Shown here: positions 1-8,349 of the stretch, piece by piece
Layout of the letters: the number at the start of each line of letters is the position of its first letter
Position numbering within the stretch: the stretch's first letter is position 1
Origin: a virus
Taxonomy: Duplodnaviria; Caudoviricetes
Direction: 5' to 3' (one strand)
IMG/VR virus record: IMGVR_UViG_3300038426_000029
Coordinates: 1 to 64,000 of that record
Length of the DNA: 64,000 nucleotides
Position numbers and translations under genes: made by a program
The notes under the pieces: generated by a model
The model's database searches: none
Told to the model about the DNA's origin: nothing
Seen by the model: the letters and a program-made list of their open reading frames with translations, nothing else

Positions 1-103
1 ATCCTTCACCTTTACAGTGTGGGCAGACTATAGCACCTTCTGGTATCTTTATGGTTTCACGATAAATTTCGCCCTGTCTTACAGGATGAACATAATCAGA
101 CAT
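1..103 (-). CDS. Partial small protein with CxxCxGxG (DnaJ-type Zn finger) motif; runs off the window start
   Basis: Manual translation from ATG at 103: MSDYVHPVRQGEIYRETIKIPEGAIVCPHCKGEG; GGAG RBS upstream. Confidence 0.5.
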   Translation of the reverse strand, partial: MSDYVHPVRQGEIYRETIKIPEGAIVCPHCKGEG

Positions 104-114
104 TTTTCTATCTC

Positions 115-273
115 CTACATTGGCTTGGTTCCTTTTAACTCTTCCTGCATCTTGTCTCTTATCTTCTTTGGGAATTCTTTGAGCAACATTGTGGCAACAT
201 CATCGTCTTGAATTGATTGAATGATCTCGTTCCATTCTGCCAATGTAAGTGTGATAGTTACCGAAAGGTCCAT
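115..273 (-). CDS. Small hypothetical protein (52 aa)
   Basis: Manual translation MDLSVTITLTLAEWNEIIQ...; same strand as neighbours; below ORF-track cutoff. Confidence 0.45.
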   Translation of the reverse strand: MDLSVTITLTLAEWNEIIQSIQDDDVATMLLKEFPKKIRDKMQEELKGTKPM

Positions 274-290
274 TATTGTTGTTTTTTTAC

Positions 291-587
291 TCATCCTTTA
301 TCCACCCTTTCTATATTTTTTAAATGATATTCCACAGATTCCGTGATAATATCACTCCAAGCCCACATCTGAAGGGATTCCTCTATTTCATTCCGTAATT
401 CTTCATCTGTTAGATTATATTTCTTCTTAGTCTCATCCCATATATGCTTATATGTGAAGAGTTCATAAGTTTTATAAACAGCAGGTTCAATCATTTCATC
501 ACCAAGCGGTGCTTTCAAACTTTTAACTGTTTCTGATGGATGATACACATTAGATTTTGGATATTTATCTTTCCAAGATTCAGTCAT
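291..587 (-). CDS. Hypothetical protein
   Basis: 98-aa ORF downstream of a BRE-TATA promoter at 646-660. Confidence 0.6.
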   Translation of the reverse strand: MTESWKDKYPKSNVYHPSETVKSLKAPLGDEMIEPAVYKTYELFTYKHIWDETKKKYNLTDEELRNEIEESLQMWAWSDIITESVEYHLKNIERVDKG

Positions 588-645
588 TCTTTACACACCC
601 ATGATTCTGGGTATCTCTATCTATTCTCAGTTAGAATTCTAAGCA

Positions 646-660
646 TTTAAACCTTTCGGT
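646..660 (-). promoter_or_regulatory. Archaeal BRE-TATA promoter
   Basis: Minus strand ACCGAAAGGTTTAAA; matches copies at 2956, 4076, 5135, 5856. Confidence 0.7.
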
Positions 661-779
661 TATTATCTGTGAATACCTATACAAAGACCACCATTAGTGG
701 CATTATCAATCTTACAAACACCATATTCCTCAAGTTTTTTTATAATTTCTTGAATATCACATATTCTACTCAATTAAAT

Positions 780-986
780 TCACCTGAAACATGGCGGGTT
801 ACGTGTATCATCGAACAACTTTTCCCTACGTTCAACCTCCACTAAAAATATTTTCATTCTTATCCTCATAATTCTTATTTCCTCATTAATATCAACAAAA
901 GAATAATTTCTCATATCTTCTCTAATTTCCATAGCTAATTCATCTGGGTCTTTACATCCCGTTTCAAATGATCCAAGTTTATTCAT
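780..986 (-). CDS. Hypothetical protein
   Basis: 68-aa ORF; 4-nt overlap with upstream gene. Confidence 0.55.
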   Translation of the reverse strand: MNKLGSFETGCKDPDELAMEIREDMRNYSFVDINEEIRIMRIRMKIFLVEVERREKLFDDTRNPPCFR

Positions 987-1192
987 TTAATCACTCTCCA
1001 ATTATTACATCTCTGTTTTTTCAATTCTTCTTCCCATCCTTTTTTGTCTGTATCAACTAAATATAATGCTCTAATCCAAATATTTTCAGGTTCATCCACA
1101 GAAAAACGACAGGTATATTCATGTGGAGAATCATCATAAGATAAAAATCCAAATCGCTTATAGAAGCAATTAAAACAGGACTTTTCACTCAT
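983..1192 (-). CDS. Small Cys-containing hypothetical protein
   Basis: 69 aa, CxxC near N-terminus; operon-like overlap. Confidence 0.55.
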   Translation of the reverse strand: MSEKSCFNCFYKRFGFLSYDDSPHEYTCRFSVDEPENIWIRALYLVDTDKKGWEEELKKQRCNNWRVIK

Positions 1193-1301
1193 TTTTTATC
1201 CACCGATCTTTCTAATTTTTTCTCAGCTTGCCGAATCATAGTCGTAACATGACAGTTAATTCTGCCACATGTTGGGCAAACTGGCTTACCATCCTTTCCT
1301 A

Positions 1302-1649
1302 TCATTTTTTAATAACTCCATAGAGGCAAAACACACCATTGTTGTCCAAATCAAACTCTAGACAATGTTCACAAATTTCACAGTTTCCCATGTTCTGCCA
1401 ACCCGTTTTTTTGTCTCTGGTTGGTATGCCCTCAATTATTGGTGGCTCTTTGGGTGGTGTAGTAATTATACCATTAAGATATTGGTTCCACTCTTTTACT
1501 ATTGGTTCATTTTGCTCCGAAATTAATTGCCGTTGTTCATCTGTCATTTTAGAATAGTCATATATCTTATAGGTTTTGGGACACCAAACTGCTGAACTAC
1601 GCACTCTGAATTTTGCTTTTCTTAAAAGTTCTACATCCATATTAATCAC
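1302..1649 (-). CDS. Hypothetical protein, Cys-rich C-terminus
   Basis: 115 aa, CEICEHC motif; overlaps neighbour by 4 nt. Confidence 0.55.
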   Translation of the reverse strand: MINMDVELLRKAKFRVRSSAVWCPKTYKIYDYSKMTDEQRQLISEQNEPIVKEWNQYLNGIITTPPKEPPIIEGIPTRDKKTGWQNMGNCEICEHCLEFDLDNNGVFCLYGVIKK

Positions 1650-2038
1650 TTCTTGGCTGAAAGTGGCTGTTCCAAATTTTTATATGCCTTCTCGATGGCT
1701 GGTATCAATAGTTTGCCGTTGTTTCGTTTTTCAACCAAGTTTGAGAATTGCCTGTTACCTCTTTCTTCTCTGAGAATATGTGCAATCTTCCATGCGTCAT
1801 TAGATAGTAAAACTAAATGGGTATAGCTTCCCCCAACTCTTCCCGTATTATCTTTTTTGATGAAGGCAAAGGGGCATCTGACAAAACTGATAAACTTGTC
1901 ATCGTGCCATCCCTTAGCTATATCAAGGTCTGTATCATTCATTCGAGATGGTTGAACACAACCCATCTGGTTCACCATACAATCCTCAAAGTACAAAAGT
2001 AAGTTCCTTTCATCCTTGGTCATATCTTCAACTTTCAT
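1646..2038 (-). CDS. Hypothetical phage-type protein
   Basis: 130 aa; ATGA overlaps at both ends. Confidence 0.65.
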   Translation of the reverse strand: MKVEDMTKDERNLLLYFEDCMVNQMGCVQPSRMNDTDLDIAKGWHDDKFISFVRCPFAFIKKDNTGRVGGSYTHLVLLSNDAWKIAHILREERGNRQFSNLVEKRNNGKLLIPAIEKAYKNLEQPLSAKK

Positions 2039-2283
2039 TTTTCATTCACCCTATTTTCTACCTCTTTAATATGGGATAAAAGTGGTTCATTCTTCTCCGA
2101 TTCCATTCGCCAAGTCTCACCATCAAATAATTCTATCTTTCCCTTACTTGTACGCCATATCAGAGAATCATCAGGATTAATTCGAGCCTTCCATAAAAGG
2201 TGCTGAATGAAAGCTAACAACTTCTCAGGGTTCTCAATCCATTCCTTTACTGTATCTTCAACAGTGACTCTTTGGATACTCAT
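2035..2283 (-). CDS. Hypothetical protein
   Basis: 82 aa; ATGA-coupled. Confidence 0.6.
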   Translation of the reverse strand: MSIQRVTVEDTVKEWIENPEKLLAFIQHLLWKARINPDDSLIWRTSKGKIELFDGETWRMESEKNEPLLSHIKEVENRVNEK

Positions 2284-2654
2284 TTTTTCACCATCTCTGA
2301 AAACTTTGTCGTATATGATTCTGTATTAGCGGCATACTGTTCAGACCTATATGAACAACTCTCAATTGGACATTTTAATTCTGATCTAGTCCACTCATCT
2401 GTGGAAATTAATTTTTCCAAATGAATCGGACATATTCTCCTGCCTGATTTAAGTTCATAATATGAGTATCCTGTTAGTGGGTGTGTATATCCACTGAAAT
2501 AAAAGGATTTTCTTTCTACGTATAGCCCAAACTTTTGAAATGTATGTCTAGCTGATTCGGTACGTATCTCGAAGTTATTTATATCACCCCTTAGAGACTT
2601 CATACCACGTTGAAAACTCTTGTTCCAACGATATTCTCCATATGTGAATTTCAT
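2280..2654 (-). CDS. Hypothetical protein with possible Zn-binding residues
   Basis: 124 aa, CPIH...CPIESC; coupled to neighbours. Confidence 0.6.
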   Translation of the reverse strand: MKFTYGEYRWNKSFQRGMKSLRGDINNFEIRTESARHTFQKFGLYVERKSFYFSGYTHPLTGYSYYELKSGRRICPIHLEKLISTDEWTRSELKCPIESCSYRSEQYAANTESYTTKFSEMVKK

Positions 2655-2657
2655 TAT

Positions 2658-2933
2658 TTATCCAACCCTATCTATCAACCGATTATAGGCATCTATAATT
2701 GAACCTTTAGCATCAAGTTCCTTGAATGTTGATCTGCAATGGATGTTCTTACACTCAAATACAAATATGTAGTTATTATCGGTTTTTATCTTTGTGCTAA
2801 AGAGTTGATCCTTTTTGCACATTGGACATATATACGGTCCTTTAAACATGTTATGAACATTATTTCTTCGATGTTCTGTAAGAGAGGCTTTATATTCCTC
2901 AATTTCATCTATTGATTTTTGCATTACTGTCAA
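2658..2933 (-). CDS. Zn-ribbon protein
   Basis: CPMC...CKNIHC; TTG start about 23 nt downstream of TATA box (leaderless). Confidence 0.6.
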   Translation of the reverse strand: MTVMQKSIDEIEEYKASLTEHRRNNVHNMFKGPYICPMCKKDQLFSTKIKTDNNYIFVFECKNIHCRSTFKELDAKGSIIDAYNRLIDRVG

Positions 2934-2955
2934 TAACAGAGTTGGTTGATGAGTT

Positions 2956-2970
2956 TATAAAGATTTCGGT
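2956..2970 (-). promoter_or_regulatory. Archaeal BRE-TATA promoter
   Basis: Minus strand ACCGAAATCTTTATA. Confidence 0.75.
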
Positions 2971-2983
2971 TAAAAGACCGAAT

Positions 2984-3607
2984 TTAAACGGATATTTTGT
3001 TAATAACTTCCTGTCCTTTCACAGCAAGGTCAAACGGGTTTGTGGTGCATGGCAGACTTCTATACTCAAATCCGTGTTTCTTAGGTTCCCACTCACCAAG
3101 CATCCTCTTGTTGGAAACCACATAATCTTTGAATGTGTTGTCCAATTCAAAAACCATATGTCGAATTTCATCCTTTGTGAAGTCTCTAAACTTTTCTTTT
3201 TCTGTATCCCATATGGAAAAGTGAACGTGCATACCAGCAGTTGCCCTTCCGGGTAGAAGTCCTGTGTTGTGGGTGTGTTCGGTCTTTCCATAGATGTTTT
3301 GTGTACTATCACCAAATGAGGCATGATGATACTTTTCGGCTATATATTTCTGCCATTCGTCTGTGACTTTCATTTCTGGACTTAGAAGTATTTTTAATCC
3401 TAACACACGTGCCTTTTCTCTTTCGTTGCTTTCGGCTAGTCCAAGTGTATCAACAACTCTCTCTGGGTTACTTCCCCAAGCAGAACGGACTTCAACAAGG
3501 AAGCCCATCTCATCAGCAGGGAAGTTGTACATAGGTGCTTCTACGATTCTGTTATCAGAGTCGAGAAGCCACATCTCTCTCTCCAAACCAATCTCTTTGA
3601 TTAGCAT
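2984..3607 (-). CDS. phiEco32-like COOH-NH2 ligase type 2 (glutamine synthetase/amidoligase fold)
   Basis: IGLERE (ExE), TAGMHVHFS and GEWEPKKHGFEYRSLP motifs; start moved to ATG 3607 (AAGGT RBS) from the track's 3667. Confidence 0.7.
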   Translation of the reverse strand: MLIKEIGLEREMWLLDSDNRIVEAPMYNFPADEMGFLVEVRSAWGSNPERVVDTLGLAESNEREKARVLGLKILLSPEMKVTDEWQKYIAEKYHHASFGDSTQNIYGKTEHTHNTGLLPGRATAGMHVHFSIWDTEKEKFRDFTKDEIRHMVFELDNTFKDYVVSNKRMLGEWEPKKHGFEYRSLPCTTNPFDLAVKGQEVINKISV

Positions 3608-3681
3608 ACATACTACCTTTATCGAGAATATATAAACGTTTGTGTACTGTTTGCACAAAAAATACATTAAAACATTAAGTT

Positions 3682-4050
3682 TTACCTGAAATAAGTACCG
3701 TAATATATAATCAGGGCATTGTTAGCAACAACTATCATGTTTATTTCAATAGCTAATATAATGAAAACCTTACAAAATTTCCGATATGCCAGTGATGCAT
3801 TATGCCTTTCAAGATAGTTTTGCCCAAATATAAGCACACCAGCCACACCACTCATTATCAGAAATGATACTAATATCACAAGTGGATAGCCCCCTAAATT
3901 CAAAAGATATGCGGTTACAGGATTTGCCTCATATCCATAACCATGACTTATAGAAACAGTGGTTGTGATCAAATCTAAGAATTTCGTAAAGAAGAGAAGA
4001 GATACAATTATGAAAGGTTGTATTTTTAGACTCTTAATTTCAGAACCCAT
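3682..4050 (-). CDS. DUF5658-like membrane protein
   Basis: LDLITT...G.EANP motif; three hydrophobic helices. Confidence 0.7.
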   Translation of the reverse strand: MGSEIKSLKIQPFIIVSLLFFTKFLDLITTTVSISHGYGYEANPVTAYLLNLGGYPLVILVSFLIMSGVAGVLIFGQNYLERHNASLAYRKFCKVFIILAIEINMIVVANNALIIYYGTYFR

Positions 4051-4075
4051 ATTTGATATTTGGTTGTGATCTGTT

Positions 4076-4090
4076 TATAAACATTTCGGT
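4076..4090 (-). promoter_or_regulatory. Archaeal BRE-TATA promoter
   Basis: Minus strand ACCGAAATGTTTATA, 26 nt before start 4050. Confidence 0.75.
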
Positions 4091-4095
4091 TCAGT

Positions 4096-4449
4096 TTAGG
4101 AAAAAATGCTCTGATATATAATAATACAATTATTCAGGACAACAATCATATTAAATATGAAAAAACCATAAGTAACTATCCTAATTGTAAATATCGTTGG
4201 TATACCCTCTCTATTGAACCATTTTTGCATGAAAAGGATCATGATACCAACACAGGACATAACCAATAAAGATACAATCGCTAGTGATAGAAAACCACCT
4301 ATACCTAGAAAGTACGCTGTGATGGGGTTTGCTTCAGAGGCATAACCACTTTTTATTCCAAAATAAGTTGTTCCTAAGTCCAAAATCTTTGAACCTAAGA
4401 GAAGTGTGAAGACTGTGACGGGTTGGAGTTTTCCTTGTGTCTTGGACAT
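4096..4449 (-). CDS. DUF5658-like membrane protein, paralog of 3682-4050
   Basis: LDLGTT...GY.SEANP.TAY motif shared with neighbour. Confidence 0.7.
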   Translation of the reverse strand: MSKTQGKLQPVTVFTLLLGSKILDLGTTYFGIKSGYASEANPITAYFLGIGGFLSLAIVSLLVMSCVGIMILFMQKWFNREGIPTIFTIRIVTYGFFIFNMIVVLNNCIIIYQSIFS

Positions 4450-4615
4450 AATAATTTATATGTGATAACTTACTTATAAGGTTTTCTATTTTATAGGTGA
4501 TGTCATACCATCGGATTTTCCAGCCAAAGACATCATTTCATTATAACACTTTAGACAAAGTTCTCTTTGATTTTTTGGATCATATCCCAGAAAATCGGTC
4601 TTACAACCACATTTA

Positions 4616-5107
4616 TCACACGTTGTTTTTCCTATCTCTAATCACCTCCATCCAGAGATTTTCCATTTTTATCCAAGCACTTACATTTTCAAGGGTTATT
4701 TTTCTCTCTTTATCCAAGTAGTAGATTTCCTTTATCCCACTTTGAATGATAAAACGTCTGCACATAAAACATGGGCTATCTCCTTTGGCATCGCCAGCAG
4801 GGGAAAGATACATGGTTGCACCCCATCTACGTATTGGATCGGCTTGAATTATGGCGTTCTGTTCAGCGTGAACGGCTGGACAGAAGTTGTAGGATGTTGA
4901 ATGTTCTTCGTTCTCTAAGTCCTTGAGACAGGGCATTTCTTCCGTTCCACAGTTGTGAGTTCCACGTGCAGAACCGTTATATCCCGAACTGATAATCATG
5001 TCATCTTTTACGATGATTGCACCGAACTTTCGTCTTGAACAGGAAGAACGTTCAGCAACAACACCTGCTATATCCAGATAATACTGGGTTTTTGTTGGTC
5101 TAGACAA
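4616..5107 (-). CDS. dCMP deaminase (ComEB-like)
   Basis: RSSCSRRKFGAIIV, GYNG, HAEQNA and PCFMC zinc-deaminase motifs; TTG start. Confidence 0.92.
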   Translation of the reverse strand: MSRPTKTQYYLDIAGVVAERSSCSRRKFGAIIVKDDMIISSGYNGSARGTHNCGTEEMPCLKDLENEEHSTSYNFCPAVHAEQNAIIQADPIRRWGATMYLSPAGDAKGDSPCFMCRRFIIQSGIKEIYYLDKERKITLENVSAWIKMENLWMEVIRDRKNNV

Positions 5108-5134
5108 TTCTATATTTTAACCACATGAACTACA

Positions 5135-5149
5135 TATAAATGTTTCGGT
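5135..5149 (-). promoter_or_regulatory. Archaeal BRE-TATA promoter
   Basis: Minus strand ACCGAAACATTTATA. Confidence 0.75.
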
Positions 5150-5188
5150 AAATATATCCCAGTTTCCTTTAATATATAATTTTTTTGG

Positions 5189-5428
5189 TTATTTTTTCAG
5201 CTTTTTTTCCAATTCCTCTATCTTTGTGTTGAGTATAGCAATATCAGCATAGTGCTTTAACTTAACTTCTGGTGCTTTTGCCCCACCAAACTCTTGTTTC
5301 CACAAAGTAACTTCATTCTCAAGAACCTTGTATGGGCATTTGTTCGGAGTACACCGTATCTTAATACAGAAATCACGGTTCGGGCAACTAAGCTGGATTT
5401 TCTCTTCCTCACTCAATTTATATGTCAT
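5189..5428 (-). CDS. Small Cys-containing coiled-coil hypothetical protein
   Basis: 79 aa; CPNRDFC...CPY. Confidence 0.55.
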   Translation of the reverse strand: MTYKLSEEEKIQLSCPNRDFCIKIRCTPNKCPYKVLENEVTLWKQEFGGAKAPEVKLKHYADIAILNTKIEELEKKLKK

Positions 5429-5832
5429 TTTTTCACCATTCCATCGGCTGTGGATTTAATACAAGAATAACGTTTCATATTTTCATTAAATGAACTTGTC
5501 TTTTTCTCTTTATCAGACCATTCACTTAACCTAGCCATACCATCTTTAAAATAACTAAATTTCATAGCACATCTTAGACACCTTGCATCTCCATATCTCT
5601 CTATATCAGACTGAACCCATTTGTGAGGTAGTAAATCTTTTTCAGTAAGAGGAACCACAAGTTGAAGTTTATCAAGTAATTTTTGAAGTCTTACACGTTC
5701 TGCATCATATTGATTTTCAGATGAGAAGTCCCTTTTCTTATATGCCTCATCAGCAAGTTTTTTTAGTTTTGAAATCCTTTCTTCCAAATTCTTTATACTA
5801 TGTGTTGGATTATTATTCATCATATTGCACAA
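5425..5832 (-). CDS. Hypothetical protein (coiled coil plus CxxC)
   Basis: 135 aa; downstream of promoter 5856-5870. Confidence 0.6.
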   Translation of the reverse strand: MCNMMNNNPTHSIKNLEERISKLKKLADEAYKKRDFSSENQYDAERVRLQKLLDKLQLVVPLTEKDLLPHKWVQSDIERYGDARCLRCAMKFSYFKDGMARLSEWSDKEKKTSSFNENMKRYSCIKSTADGMVKK

Positions 5833-5855
5833 TAACCTATGTTATTGATCATTAA

Positions 5856-5870
5856 TATAAGTCTTTCGGT
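5856..5870 (-). promoter_or_regulatory. Archaeal BRE-TATA promoter
   Basis: Minus strand ACCGAAAGACTTATA. Confidence 0.75.
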
Positions 5871-5957
5871 TTGAAACCACCAAAATCATTAGTTATCTAT
5901 TATAAAATAAATAGATTTTTTACTATCTACTCGTCTACGCTTCCACGCTTCCACTCT

Positions 5958-6392
5958 TCAAATATTATGATGTGATCTCATTTTTTCGCCTTTTCTTTTT
6001 AAGAAAGCAAAATATTTTAACAGAATTCTAACATCTTTTTCTGTCCCATTTCTAACTGCCATATTCTGAACGATTCTAAAGCTATCCGTGCAACCTCTAC
6101 TTTTATACCAGTTTAGAATCACAATCGAACCAGCAAGTGGATTTGGTTCCCTTTCTTCTCCTATAAAATCGCCAAACGGAACATAAATCACCCCTGCACA
6201 ATCATCATTATCATACCAATATGTTCCATATGGTGAATAATTATCTTCATGCTGGTTACAGAACCTACGGAGTTTATTTATCAAAAAGCAATTCCAGTTA
6301 TCGTCCCTGAAAGTGCCATCTAGATTGAAAGCACAGTATGGTGGGCTTCCATTCCAATTCTGTTTACCGTGTCTGCAAAGTATTCCTGTCAA
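5958..6392 (-). CDS. Conserved phage-type hypothetical protein
   Basis: CAF..G.F..DNWNC motif, which I recall from uncharacterised phage proteins. Confidence 0.55.
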   Translation of the reverse strand: MTGILCRHGKQNWNGSPPYCAFNLDGTFRDDNWNCFLINKLRRFCNQHEDNYSPYGTYWYDNDDCAGVIYVPFGDFIGEEREPNPLAGSIVILNWYKSRGCTDSFRIVQNMAVRNGTEKDVRILLKYFAFLKRKGEKMRSHHNI

Positions 6393-6546
6393 TATTTTTC
6401 CTTCCTTTGCACCAACATTCCCAGCACATTTCCTTAGTACCTTCCCTACCTACAGTTCTAGACCATTCTAAATATGCTGAAATACTCAGTGGGTTACTAC
6501 CAATGATGATTATCTCAGATTCGTGACCACATTTATACTTTGTCAA
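6364..6546 (-). CDS. Small Cys/His hypothetical protein
   Basis: 60 aa; CGH...CWECWC; downstream of promoter 6580-6594. Confidence 0.5.
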   Translation of the reverse strand: MTKYKCGHESEIIIIGSNPLSISAYLEWSRTVGREGTKEMCWECWCKGRKNIDRNTLQTR

Positions 6547-6570
6547 ACTTTTTCAATATGAGTAAAGACC

Positions 6571-6600
6571 TGTGTAGTATTTAAATCTTTCGTATCTAAA
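6571..6600 (-). repeat. 30-bp direct repeat copy 1, contains a BRE-TATA promoter
   Basis: tgtgtagtatttaaatctttcgtatctaaa; one mismatch to 6847-6876. Confidence 0.9.
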
Positions 6601-6605
6601 GATAT

Positions 6606-6821
6606 TTAGGTAATGTTTCCATAACCAAAAAAGAAAGCTAACAAATCCATGAAAATACTACACCCACAAGCTACAATAAATCCAGCAACACCCGGAGTAT
6701 AATTTGACTGGTAATTGGAAAACCAACCAGTATACCAAATTCCAAATATGACAAGATCAAATGCCGAACTTAGCACAATGGCTATACCAAATGCTTTCCA
6801 ATCCATATTAGACTTCACCAT
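6606..6821 (-). CDS. Small two-helix membrane protein
   Basis: 71 aa, two hydrophobic segments; lies between the 30-bp repeats. Confidence 0.6.
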   Translation of the reverse strand: MVKSNMDWKAFGIAIVLSSAFDLVIFGIWYTGWFSNYQSNYTPGVAGFIVACGCSIFMDLLAFFFGYGNIT

Positions 6822-6846
6822 TTCTATTTCAATACGTGTAAATACT

Positions 6847-6876
6847 TGTGTAGTATTTAAGTCTTTCGTATCTAAA
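6847..6876 (-). repeat. 30-bp direct repeat copy 2, contains a BRE-TATA promoter
   Basis: tgtgtagtatttaagtctttcgtatctaaa. Confidence 0.9.
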
Positions 6877-6980
6877 CAAACCTTTAAATACTATTAATGT
6901 TTCTATAATATGCTTACTGCCTCAAAGCACATCGCTGACTGACCAATTACTTTGACGGGGAGGGGTAAGCTATTTTCTTC

Positions 6981-7940
6981 TTATCCCATATTTTTATACG
7001 GACAATCTCTAACACTAACATACATACACATTCCGATGCTACGCAACTTTGAACATGTATATGGTTTTAGATGTCTACAAGATTTAATTTGACTTAAACA
7101 TATGGTGTTATTCCAATCCAACCAATTCAATGGCTCAAGGAAACTTCTTACATCCTCTGGACTGAAAACCTGTAATAAATCTGTCGCTGTTGCAACCCTA
7201 GCAGAATGTACAGGGTTTGGAACTGTTATTGCATTGTAAAGGCAAGGTCTTAGATATGCTTTTAAAAGATCGTTTGTTCGACCAGACACAACAGGTTGAG
7301 CTATTAATGATGGTGTCATATTCACGATTTCAGATAGTTTTAACTGTGGTAAATCGTTTATTGTTTGTGTTGGTTTTGGTGCTTCTGAAAATTCATGTGG
7401 CATCCTTGACCAGTTAATAACATCCATCCACTTGAAATTTACAAACTCTGGTGGAAGTGGTGTACACCAGAACCTATTCTGTGGTGGTCTACGTGTATTG
7501 GGTATTCTACTAATTCTTCGTATATCTCCGATGCAATGTGGGTCTGCTGTTGTTTTTGTATATCCATCACCAAAAACAGCTCTGAGAATACCCCAAGTTG
7601 CTTGTGATAAAATCTCTTTCGTGGTTGGAATTGGCTTTAACAGAACATAAATATGAACACCTTTTTTACCAGACGCAATTACCGCAACCGAATGTCCTTC
7701 TGCCATAAGCCATTTATAAACTCTCTTTGCATCTTCAAGTGCAGAGGCATAACCATCAAAATCATAAAAAATTTTGTCCACTTCATAATCTAATGTATAG
7801 ATTGAGGTATAACAATCAGTTACTCCGTCATTTTCAACTAAATAACGTTGCATTGCATCCATGTTATAAATATTCGATCTTATTCCAACTTCTCTGGGAA
7901 ACTTACCAAAAAGTTGTCGGGTTAGTTGATCAAAAATCAT
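6981..7940 (-). CDS. priS: Archaeo-eukaryotic primase: PriS catalytic domain fused to a PriL-like C-terminal Fe-S domain
   Basis: YDFD (DxD), SGKKGVH, DIRRISRIPNT; C-terminal LRPCL...H.AR...YTCSKLRSIGMC...C. Confidence 0.85.
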   Translation of the reverse strand: MIFDQLTRQLFGKFPREVGIRSNIYNMDAMQRYLVENDGVTDCYTSIYTLDYEVDKIFYDFDGYASALEDAKRVYKWLMAEGHSVAVIASGKKGVHIYVLLKPIPTTKEILSQATWGILRAVFGDGYTKTTADPHCIGDIRRISRIPNTRRPPQNRFWCTPLPPEFVNFKWMDVINWSRMPHEFSEAPKPTQTINDLPQLKLSEIVNMTPSLIAQPVVSGRTNDLLKAYLRPCLYNAITVPNPVHSARVATATDLLQVFSPEDVRSFLEPLNWLDWNNTICLSQIKSCRHLKPYTCSKLRSIGMCMYVSVRDCPYKNMG

Positions 7941-7959
7941 AAATAATCACACATAGAAT

Positions 7960-8196
7960 TTATGTTAAACTATTGTACCTTATCTGATCAATGTTTTTCT
8001 CAATTTCTTCAAAGTGCCTATCCAAAGTAAATATAAGTTTTCCCATTAAACACAATCTACATATTTCTGGACTTGGTTTATGTAAACAATCACCAGAATA
8101 TTTATCATTCATTGGAAGTGGTGTAAATTCACAACTTGGAACATCATCAGAATCATTACGATTTTTCAATATCCAAGGTTCAGTATGATCAGTCAT
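7960..8196 (-). CDS. Hypothetical protein
   Basis: 78 aa within the replication operon. Confidence 0.55.
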   Translation of the reverse strand: MTDHTEPWILKNRNDSDDVPSCEFTPLPMNDKYSGDCLHKPSPEICRLCLMGKLIFTLDRHFEEIEKNIDQIRYNSLT

Positions 8197-8349
8197 TTTA
8201 TCTATTCTCTTTTTCGATCATTCTAAATGTTGGATGGTCTGGTGAGTTTGGGTGTGTTACAGTTACCCAAACCTGTCCATCTTTTCCAAGTGTGATTTTT
8301 GTCACCTTGAGTTGGATTGTATCACCAACTTGTAAAGTGTCCATTTAGA

